A stretch of 57,912 bases of DNA from Eubacteriales bacterium (lineage in GTDB: Bacteria; Bacillota; Clostridia; Oscillospirales; CAG-272), in NCBI GenBank assembly GCA_045536065.1, contig JAZSMV010000008.1:1-57912 (forward strand). Reading direction: 5' to 3'. The position numbers and the translations under genes are program-made. The notes below the pieces were generated by a model. It saw nothing but the letters and a program-made list of their open reading frames with translations. It did no database searches and was not told the origin of the DNA. Position 1 is the stretch's first letter, and the number at the start of each line of letters is the position of its first letter. Below, one piece after another: positions 52,185 through 57,912 of the stretch.

Positions 52185-52793
52185 CTATCTCACCGTGTAG
52201 GTGGTTTTTTCAATAAGGAAATCGTTTGTTCCGTCGTTTGTAGCGGTGATTGTGATGGAATTGTCACCAAAATCAACATCGAGAGTAACTTTTACTCGTC
52301 CATCGGTGATGGTATAGGTGTAAACGGAGGTACCCTCAGCAGGATCAGAGATAGAAAACGGAGGGGTATCACCATTCTTATATTCAAGATTTATACTTTT
52401 CGCAAAGCAATTCTCAAAAGTCGTCTTTTTAGTTTCGTTGTTATTGCCACTGGTATTCACCGCATATCTAAAGCATTCGATGGCGTTTTCGGCAATGTTG
52501 GTGGCTTCGATCATATCGATCGTTTCGCCGTGGGTTTTGCTGTCTACGGCAACAACGCCGATAGATACCGCTGTTACGATTACGATAATCGCAAGCGCCA
52601 TGGCAAGCTCTACAATAGTAAAGCCTCGGCGGGAGCCTTTTTCATCAAGCCTTCCCCTTGAGGGGAAGGTGGCGGACGAAGTCCGACGAATGAGGTGTTT
52701 TTCATTAATAGTGTTTTCCACCTCATCAGTCACCTTTGGTGACAGCTTCCCCTCAAGGGGAAGCCTGAATATATCTTTAAAATTCATTTTCAT
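52185..52793 (-). CDS. Minor (pseudo)pilin with an abnormally long ~55-60-aa leader
   Basis: Prepilin motif RRG|FTIVELAMALAIIVIVTAV (Glu+5). Possible in-frame starts are GTG 52811, ATG 52793 (TGAGGT SD) and ATG 52787. The leader-coding part contains the gene-less inverted-repeat element. Confidence 0.6.
   Translation of the reverse strand: MKMNFKDIFRLPLEGKLSPKVTDEVENTINEKHLIRRTSSATFPSRGRLDEKGSRRGFTIVELAMALAIIVIVTAVSIGVVAVDSKTHGETIDMIEATNIAENAIECFRYAVNTSGNNNETKKTTFENCFAKSINLEYKNGDTPPFSISDPAEGTSVYTYTITDGRVKVTLDVDFGDNSITITATNDGTNDFLIEKTTYTVR
52647..52769. mobile_element. Gene-less (MITE/REPIN-like) doublet of family A arms
   Basis: The left arm (52647..52697) is CAAGCCTTCCCCTTGAGGGGAAGG-TGGCGGACGAAGTCCGAC-GAATGAGGTG. 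A 21-bp core follows (TTTTTCATTAATAGTGTTTTC). The reverse complement of the right arm (52719..52769) is TTCAGGCTTCCCCTTGAGGGGAAGC-TGTCACCAAAGGTGAC-TGATGAGGTG. Confidence 0.65.
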
Positions 52794-52803
52794 ATCAGTT
52801 ACC

Positions 52804-53343
52804 TCATTCACCTGCGTAGGGGTTTACACAGAAGGTGTAGGTGTAATTCGTTTTATCAACAGAGTAGTTAATGGTGCAATAGTAAACTGCATCTAGATCT
52901 TGACGAACAGTATCAATCAATTCTCCATTTGCAAGATCAAGATTGGAATGATATGTTTCGTTGGTAATGGGGCTATAAAATGCAAAAGCAAATGTAATGG
53001 ATTCTATATGTTCCAATTCCATGGTGACTTTACTATCTTCGCCATTATATGCAACAATAAATCCGTTATTAAACATTACAAATTTATCACCAAAGGAAAG
53101 TTTACTTACACTTTCAAGATAGGCATCTGTAAGTCCGGAATTACTCTCAACAAATCCCTCGATGATTGATTCGGCGGCGGTGACGTCCTGCATGGCTTCA
53201 AATCTTTCGTTGCTGATTCCCTGTGCGCCGTGCATCATTGAGCTGAATGATACGACCATCGTTGCCGCAATGACAAGGACTGCGAGAACTATAATAAGCT
53301 CGGCAAGGGTTGCGCCCTTTCTGCTATTATTCTTTTTGTTCAT
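52804..53343 (-). CDS. Minor (pseudo)pilin
   Basis: Starts MNKKNNSRKG|ATLAELIIVLAVLVIAATMVV (Glu+5). ATG 53343 has GGAGG upstream. The track extension to 53535 runs through a REP-like hairpin and is rejected. Confidence 0.7.
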   Translation of the reverse strand: MNKKNNSRKGATLAELIIVLAVLVIAATMVVSFSSMMHGAQGISNERFEAMQDVTAAESIIEGFVESNSGLTDAYLESVSKLSFGDKFVMFNNGFIVAYNGEDSKVTMELEHIESITFAFAFYSPITNETYHSNLDLANGELIDTVRQDLDAVYYCTINYSVDKTNYTYTFCVNPYAGE

Positions 53344-53444
53344 AGGCTGCCTCCTTTTTAAAAAATGGGATTTTTTAAGATCTTTTAGAGCTTTAAAATA
53401 TTTTAATAAAAAATTTTCGCACATGTAAAATAAGGAAAAGGATT

Positions 53445-53468
53445 CGTAGGGGCGAGGGTTGCTCGTCC
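53445..53468 (+). repeat. REP-like hairpin CGTAGGGGCGAG-ggtt-GCTCGTCC, followed by T7
   Basis: Shares CGTAGGGGCGA...TCGTCC with 55377..55400. On the plus strand it looks like an intrinsic terminator facing against the operon. Confidence 0.5.
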
Positions 53469-53633
53469 TTTTTTTAATCATTCTCTTTGTTTTACATTTG
53501 CGTTTTTTGTCGGTTTTGGGCGGCTTTTCTACCAAAAATGTAAATTAATGTGTGCATTATCACACAAAAGGCCCGATTGATGCCTGATTTTTCGGAAAAC
53601 GGGCAGCATCATTTTCGGGTCAATAATTGGCAA

Positions 53634-53669
53634 ACAGCACAGCATTCCGTCGTCAGAATGCTGTGCTGT
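53634..53669 (-). terminator. Strong hairpin just after the major pilin gene (probable partial terminator or attenuator)
   Basis: A 14-bp stem ACAGCACAGCATTC / GAATGCTGTGCTGT with an 8-nt loop. The U-tract on the minus strand is weak (TTTGCC). Confidence 0.45.
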
Positions 53670-53708
53670 CAAAAACCTTTCCGAGTGGTTTTTAGAGTAT
53701 GTTAGATA

Positions 53709-54050
53709 TTAGTTGCTTGCAGCGGGATTAAGAACTGTGTAATTCTCAGGAGTAGTAGGCTGAGTGGTGGGCTGGTCTTCATCAATATCAACGATATTAT
53801 TACCAGTTACAGTGTAGTAGTGACCATCAACAACAATGAAACCATTAAGGCCGGTACCAAGTGTAGAAGGATCTGCATCAATCATAAGTTCGGTGAGAAT
53901 GTTTCTAGCTTCCTGGTCACGAGAGGACTCGTTAGCCTGTTCGATAATGGAACCAAAGGTAGGAATAAGAACTGCGGAAAGAATTGCAATAACTGCGATA
54001 ACGATTACGAGCTCAACGATAGTAAAGCCCTTCTTGTTGTTTCTCTTCAT
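53709..54050 (-). CDS. Major type IV pilin (prepilin with N-terminal cleavage/methylation motif)
   Basis: Starts MKRNNKKG|FTIVELVIVIAVIAILSAVLIP (Glu+5). At 113 aa it is the first gene of the operon. Confidence 0.85.
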   Translation of the reverse strand: MKRNNKKGFTIVELVIVIAVIAILSAVLIPTFGSIIEQANESSRDQEARNILTELMIDADPSTLGTGLNGFIVVDGHYYTVTGNNIVDIDEDQPTTQPTTPENYTVLNPAASN

Positions 54051-54222
54051 TGTGAAATTCTCCTAAAATTTGTTTTTTGTTTTTATTTTTGACACAGGCT
54101 CAAAATTATGTAGGCGACAGTGCATCCACTCGGAAGGTGCGCCGTCGTCGTTCTGTTTTGATTCCTGCAGTATCAAAATCTGCGCTAGCAATATGCACTT
54201 TTTCAGTGCTTACTGCCCTTTT

Positions 54223-54251
54223 AGTATACAGTTTTTCGCCGTTTTTGTCAA
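54223..54251 (-). promoter_or_regulatory. Promoter of the pilus operon
   Basis: On the minus strand: TTGACA (54251..54246), a 17-nt spacer, then TATACT (54228..54223). The leader is about 165 nt. Confidence 0.5.
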
Positions 54252-54333
54252 TATATATTAAATATTTTATTTCTTAAAAAATATTAACTCGATTTTAATT
54301 AACAGGACTGTTAATTAAAAATGGAGTAAGAGT

Positions 54334-54848
54334 AAGGCTCCCTTGTGTAAAGGGAGCTCCCGCATAGCGGGTGAGGGATTGTCAATCCTCCTTGTTTAAA
54401 TTAATTCTTGATTTTGTTATCTTGTCAATATAACAACAAACACCGTCAAAATTTTTATTCAATTCATAATTCAATATTCTAATCACTTCAATACCAAACT
54501 TCTCAAGATATTCAGTTCTTTCAGCGTCGTACTGCTTTCCTTCCGGTGTATAATGCTCCGATCCGTCAAGCTCTATAACCAGCTTTGCCTCTGAAGAATA
54601 AAAATCAGCAATGTATCTTCCAAGAACCTTTTGCCGTGAAAAGCGAATTGGATATGAACGCAGAAAATCATACCAAAGGTGCTTTTCTTCTTTGGTCATG
54701 TTTTTTCTCAATTCTTTTGCAAAAGGAACCAAATTCTTATTGTGTTTTCTTTCCATACAATCCACCTTTCGATTCGCTGCTTAACACAAGGGAGCCAACA
54801 ATCCCTCAGTCGCCTTTGGCGCCAGCTCCCTTTACACAAGGGAGCCTA
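54334..54848 (-). mobile_element. DUF559 cassette 2: nuclease gene bounded by ~48-bp hairpin-containing terminal inverted repeats (family B arms)
   Basis: The left arm (54334..54381) is AAGGCTCCCTTGTGTAAAGGGAGC-TCCCGCATAGCGGGT-GAGGGATTG. The reverse complement of the right arm (54799..54848) is TAGGCTCCCTTGTGTAAAGGGAGC-TGGCGCCAAAGGCGACT-GAGGGATTG. An extra half-site ACACAAGGGAGCC lies at 54785..54797. Confidence 0.65.
54382..54756 (-). CDS. DUF559 domain protein (Vsr-like endonuclease fold), paralog of 51727..52128
   Basis: Contains the same LRKNMTKEEKHLWYDFL block, then ADFYSSEAKLVIELDGSEH and VIRILNYEL. I prefer ATG 54756 over the GTG at 54765. Confidence 0.8.
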   Translation of the reverse strand: MERKHNKNLVPFAKELRKNMTKEEKHLWYDFLRSYPIRFSRQKVLGRYIADFYSSEAKLVIELDGSEHYTPEGKQYDAERTEYLEKFGIEVIRILNYELNKNFDGVCCYIDKITKSRINLNKED

Positions 54849-55349
54849 GAAGCCGCTGATCGGCAGATCCTCGTTATCCTCGCCTTTGGTGATTTTACGA
54901 ATCTCGACGTAGTAGGACATATTCTCGTTTACGGTGACGAGGGCTCGGTCGCCAACACGCTTGCCCATAAGGGCGCTACCCAGGGGGGATTCCTTGCTGA
55001 TGAAGCCCTTCAGGGCGTTCTGACGAAGGGTGGTGACTATCTGTATCTCCTTCTCTGTCTTCATACGCTCGTTATAGATCAGTACACGGTCAAAGAGGGC
55101 TACCGCATCGGGTGAGTCCTTGATGTCGATAACCTTGGCTGTGCGGATCATTGCCTCAAGGTAACGGATGCGGCTCTCGTTTTTGCGCTTTAAGTACTTC
55201 GCCTCCTTGTATTCGGCATTTTCCGACAGGTCGCCAAGCTCTCTGGTGCGCTTCAGCTCAGCGCCAAGCTCGGGCGCTAAGATGACCTTGCGATAGCGGA
55301 TCTCCTCCTCCATCTTTTTTATATCTACTTCTGTAAGCTCATCGTACAT
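54846..55349 (-). CDS. greA: Transcription elongation factor GreA
   Basis: Contains MYDELTEVDIKKMEEEIRYRK...GDLSENAEYKEAK...SPLGSALMGKRVGD. ATG 55349 has GAGGT upstream. The track start at 55391 runs into a REP hairpin. Confidence 0.88.
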   Translation of the reverse strand: MYDELTEVDIKKMEEEIRYRKVILAPELGAELKRTRELGDLSENAEYKEAKYLKRKNESRIRYLEAMIRTAKVIDIKDSPDAVALFDRVLIYNERMKTEKEIQIVTTLRQNALKGFISKESPLGSALMGKRVGDRALVTVNENMSYYVEIRKITKGEDNEDLPISGF

Positions 55350-55376
55350 AGTTTTACCTCGGTGTGAAATAAAAAT

Positions 55377-55400
55377 CGTAGGGGCGACCATTGGTCGTCC
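55377..55400 (+). repeat. REP-like hairpin CGTAGGGGCGACC-att-GGTCGTCC
   Basis: Second copy of the CGTAGGGGCGA...TCGTCC hairpin, located between the ackA terminator and the greA start. Confidence 0.5.
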
Positions 55401-55404
55401 GTAT

Positions 55405-55431
55405 TCAAAAGGGCTGTCAAGGTGACAGCCC
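55405..55431 (-). terminator. Terminator after ackA
   Basis: The minus strand reads GGGCTGTCACCTTGACAGCCC followed by TTTTG. Confidence 0.55.
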
Positions 55432-55470
55432 TTTGCTTATATATATTATATAAGGAAGTTTTTTGTCGAA

Positions 55471-56664
55471 TTAGCCATTTACAATAGCAAGAGTATCTCT
55501 TGCGATAACAAGCTCCTCGTTGGTGGGAATTACAAATACCTTGATGGGAGAGTCGGGAGTAGAGATCTCTACCTCTTCGCCACGGATCTTGTTCTTCTCT
55601 GCGTCGATCTTAACGCCGAGGAATGCAAGCTTCTCACCGAGCTTTGCTCTGTAATGGCCTGCGTTCTCACCGATACCGCCGGTGAATACGATCGCATCAG
55701 CGCCGCCCATTGCTACTATGTAGGAGCCAACGTTCTTTGCGATCTGGTGAGAGTACATATCCTCACAGAGAATCGCCCTCTTGTCGCCTGCCTCTGCAAG
55801 ATGACCGATCTCCTGGTTATCAGAGGTCTTGCCGGAGATACCAAGCATACCGGACTTCTTGTTCATCATCTTATCAATATCGTCTGCGGTGGTAAGCTCG
55901 CCCTTACGCATAAGGTAAGGAATGATAGCGGGGTCGATGTTACCCGAACGGGTACCCATCATAATACCCTCAAGAGGAGTTACACCCATAGAGGTATCGA
56001 AGCACTTGCCGCCCTTAACCGCTGCGAAGGATGCGCCGTTACCAAGGTGACAGGTAACTACGTTGCACTGATCAGCGGGCTTGCCGAGCATAGCGATCGC
56101 TCTCTCGCTTACGTAACGGTGAGACGTACCGTGGAAGCCGTAACGACGGATCTTATACTTCTCATAGTACTCATAGGGGAGTGCGTACATATAAGACGCC
56201 TCGGGCATGGTCTGGTGGAAGGATGTATCGAATACTGCAACCTGGGGAACGCCCATAAGCTTCTCGCAAACAACGATACCGTTAAGGTTTGCGGGATTGT
56301 GGAGAGGCGCAAGGTCAGCGCACTCTGCGATGATCTCCTTAACCTCGTCGGTTACAAGAACGGAAGAAGCAAACTTCTCGCCGCCGTGAACAACTCTGTG
56401 ACCTACTGCGCCGATCTCGGAAACCGACTTGATAACGCCCATATTCTCGTCAACAAGGGTGTTGAGAACAAGTCCCAGTGCCTCTGCGTGAGTAGGCATT
56501 GCGATAGCTGCCTTATAATCCTCTCTGCCGGGAACCTTGAACTTGAAGCCGGACTTACCGCCGATCTCCTCACAGATACCCTTTGCAATTACCTGCTCGT
56601 TGTCCATATCAATAAGCTGGAACTTGAGCGAGGAAGAGCCTGCATTGATAACTAAAACCTTCAT
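55471..56664 (-). CDS. ackA: Acetate kinase
   Basis: Starts MKVLVINAGSSSLKFQL. Also has RRYGFHGTSH and FTGGIGEN, with a length of 397 aa. Confidence 0.92.
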   Translation of the reverse strand: MKVLVINAGSSSLKFQLIDMDNEQVIAKGICEEIGGKSGFKFKVPGREDYKAAIAMPTHAEALGLVLNTLVDENMGVIKSVSEIGAVGHRVVHGGEKFASSVLVTDEVKEIIAECADLAPLHNPANLNGIVVCEKLMGVPQVAVFDTSFHQTMPEASYMYALPYEYYEKYKIRRYGFHGTSHRYVSERAIAMLGKPADQCNVVTCHLGNGASFAAVKGGKCFDTSMGVTPLEGIMMGTRSGNIDPAIIPYLMRKGELTTADDIDKMMNKKSGMLGISGKTSDNQEIGHLAEAGDKRAILCEDMYSHQIAKNVGSYIVAMGGADAIVFTGGIGENAGHYRAKLGEKLAFLGVKIDAEKNKIRGEEVEISTPDSPIKVFVIPTNEELVIARDTLAIVNG

Positions 56665-56689
56665 TGTGATTTTCCTCCGAATATATTAA

Positions 56690-57169
56690 TTATTTATTAA
56701 AAACGAAAATAAAGTAGTAGATGAGCGAGATTGCTATACCGAGAGCCGATCCGCACACTACCTGCCAGGGTGTGTGACCAACAAGCACCTTGAGCTTGTC
56801 CGTCTTGATCTCCTCGTCGTGCTCGGAGAGGTAGTCGTTAAGCACCTCTGCCATTTTAATAATAGATACCGCCTGCTTGCCTGTTTCACGTCTTACACCA
56901 AGAGCATCGTGCATTACAACAATGGCAAAAATGGTCGCTATGCCAAACTGGGCACTGTCAAAGCCTGCCATAAGTCCGCTCATAACCGCAAGCGAGGTTA
57001 CGGTAGCCGAGTGACCGCTGGGCATTCCGCCATCTCCGACAAGTCGGTCAAGCGAAAGCTTTTTGTTCATTATCGCATTGATTATAGTCTTAAGTATCTG
57101 GGCGATTATCCAGGATATTGCGGGAATAAAGAGAACGGGGTTTGTTATTATTTGCAAGAATACATTCAT
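56690..57169 (-). CDS. Divergent PAP2 family membrane protein (DUF212 / acid-phosphatase-vanadium-haloperoxidase related)
   Basis: Contains GGMPSGHSATVTSLA and HDALGVRRETGKQA. ATG 57169 has GAGGGAG upstream. The predicted promoter puts the transcription start next to the track start at 57196. Confidence 0.7.
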   Translation of the reverse strand: MNVFLQIITNPVLFIPAISWIIAQILKTIINAIMNKKLSLDRLVGDGGMPSGHSATVTSLAVMSGLMAGFDSAQFGIATIFAIVVMHDALGVRRETGKQAVSIIKMAEVLNDYLSEHDEEIKTDKLKVLVGHTPWQVVCGSALGIAISLIYYFIFVFNK

Positions 57170-57204
57170 ATTGTTAAACTCCCTCTTTTTTGTCATACAT
57201 AATT

Positions 57205-57233
57205 ATTTTAACACTTTTTAAAATGTTTTTCAA
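57205..57233 (-). promoter_or_regulatory. Promoter for the PAP2-like/ackA unit
   Basis: On the minus strand: TTGAAA (57233..57228), a 17-nt spacer, then TAAAAT (57210..57205). Confidence 0.45.
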
Positions 57234-57302
57234 TAGGTTTTTATGTTTTTATTAAAATATGACATAAGTAAACAAAATACTAGGAAAAGGGTGGAATTTC
57301 AC

Positions 57303-57370
57303 TCCGTCAAAAAACAAAAAACAGACCACGAGGGTCTACAAAAACAGATTTTGAATGGAGCGGTATTACG
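57303..57370. repeat. Decayed duplicate of the tRNA-Gly 3' end plus its terminator
   Basis: TCCGTCAAAAAACAAAAAACAGACCACGAGGGTCTAC...TGGAGCGGTATTACG parallels 57575..57634, TCCGTCCAAAACAAAAAGCAGACCACAAGGGTCTGC...TGGAGCGGATTACGG. Confidence 0.6.
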
Positions 57371-57585
57371 CTTTGTTTTTCAATTTAGTTAATTGGTTAA
57401 CATATTCGGATTACGGGGTGAGCAGATAAAAACAGTTGATAACTGTTTTTATCGTAGCGAAAGCGCAGAAACAAGGAGTAGATCAAATGAGGCTTGCCTC
57501 ATGTAGATATACGACTATGTTTCAAGAGGAAGAAGCCGCAGAACCCATAGGGTTCTTGGTGGGTGGACGCCCCTTCCGTCCAAAA

Positions 57586-57616
57586 CAAAAAGCAGACCAC
57601 AAGGGTCTGCTTTTTG
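57586..57616 (-). terminator. Terminator of the tRNA-Val/Asp/Gly cluster
   Basis: GCAGACC-acaa-GGGTCTGC, flanked by an A-run and a T-run. Confidence 0.65.
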
Positions 57617-57619
57617 TTT

Positions 57620-57695
57620 TGGAGCGGATTACGGGGCTCGAACCCGCCACCTCCACCTTGGCAAGGTGGCGCTCTACCAAATGAGCTAAATCCGC
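57620..57695 (-). tRNA. tRNA-Gly (anticodon GCC), CCA encoded
   Basis: The minus strand reads GCGGATT-TA-GCTC-ATTTGGTA-GAGC-G-CCACC-TTGCCAA-GGTGG-AGGTG-GCGGG-TTCGAGC-CCCGT-AATCCGC-T-CCA. Confidence 0.9.
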
Positions 57696-57710
57696 AGGTA
57701 TAAATTAAAA

Positions 57711-57787
57711 TGGCGACTCGGATGGGGCTCGAACCCACGACCTCTAGCGTGACAGGCTAGCGCTCTAACCAACTGAGCTACCAAGCC
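57711..57787 (-). tRNA. tRNA-Asp (anticodon GTC), CCA encoded
   Basis: The minus strand reads GGCTTGG-TA-GCTC-AGTTGGTTA-GAGC-G-CTAGC-CTGTCAC-GCTAG-AGGTC-GTGGG-TTCGAGC-CCCAT-CCGAGTC-G-CCA. Confidence 0.9.
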
Positions 57788-57825
57788 GAGTAGTTTGAGG
57801 CTCGGAGTCTTGCGACTCCAAGCCT

Positions 57826-57901
57826 TGGTGGAAAGTACAGGGCTCGAACCTGTGACCCTCTGCTTGTAAGGCAGATGCTCTCCCAACTGAGCTAACCTTC
57901 C
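57826..57901 (-). tRNA. tRNA-Val (anticodon TAC), CCA encoded
   Basis: The minus strand reads GGAAGGT-TA-GCTC-AGTTGGGA-GAGC-A-TCTGC-CTTACAA-GCAGA-GGGTC-ACAGG-TTCGAGC-CCTGT-ACTTTCC-A-CCA. Confidence 0.9.
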
Positions 57902-57912
57902 GTCAAATGCTA

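Noticed and set aside
52815-52822. Third occurrence of CGTAGGGG, which might be another REP-like copy
   Set aside because: It lies inside the coding 3' end of the minor pilin (VNPYAGE) and lacks the GCGA...TCGTCC hairpin partner. An 8-mer match is expected by chance in 2 x 58 kb.
53344-53535. 64-codon N-terminal extension of the minor pilin ORF (track start 53535). Similar extensions occur on prfC (6888), HAD (6986), pepO (39517), the lipoprotein (40870), greA (55391), PAP2 (57196), SDR (9166), DUF554 (2983) and DUF3899 (25655).
   Set aside because: In each case the internal ATG has a good SD and yields the family-typical N-terminus. The extensions run through promoters, REP hairpins or the upstream gene.
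57436-57886. ORFs 57436..57684, 57499..57738 and 57686..57886
   Set aside because: They overlap the tRNA-Gly, tRNA-Asp and tRNA-Val genes and the terminator, and are products of GC-rich tRNA sequence.

Overview
57.9-kb chromosomal segment from a Gram-positive-type bacterium. I infer Bacillota/Clostridia-like from the lipobox lipoproteins, a class-II 500-aa GalT, near-consensus TTGACA-N17-TATAAT promoters, tRNAs with encoded CCA, and TGA used as a stop codon. About 85% of genes are on the minus strand. From left to right: (1) the 5' 596 codons of rpoB, which are missing from the ORF track because the frame is open at the window edge; (2) DUF554, a tandem RadC-RadC fusion, trmB and prfC; (3) HAD, lipoprotein and SDR genes; (4) two tandem M6 (InhA-like) metalloprotease lipoproteins; (5) a galactose/galactofuranose glycan cluster (galT, GT2, glf, GPH symporter, GH2, domain-permuted GH3); (6) an Opp/Dpp-type ABC importer in which every component is oversized; (7) HAD plus a NagZ-like GH3; (8) M13 and M3B peptidases flanking a repeat-bounded lipoprotein cassette and tRNA-Leu; (9) a type IV pilus operon (pilin, minor pilins, PilM-like, PilD, PilC, PilB) that ends in a 905-aa protein of unknown function; (10) greA, ackA, a PAP2-like gene, and tRNA-Gly/Asp/Val. 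The most interesting signal is in the pilus locus. It carries two small DUF559 (Vsr-like nuclease) genes, each boxed in by ~48-bp hairpin-bearing terminal inverted repeats. A gene-less, MITE/REPIN-like doublet of the same arms sits in frame inside the leader-peptide coding region of a minor pilin. This looks like an autonomous/non-autonomous selfish-element family that, to my knowledge, has not been formally described. Other notable items are tRNA-3'-end duplications at tRNA-Leu and tRNA-Gly, a structured 2 x ~164-bp intergenic repeat, a ~370-aa insertion in the OppD-like ATPase, and a ~175-aa repeat-containing external loop in the GPH transporter. All family calls come from motif recognition by eye. 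No database search was run.
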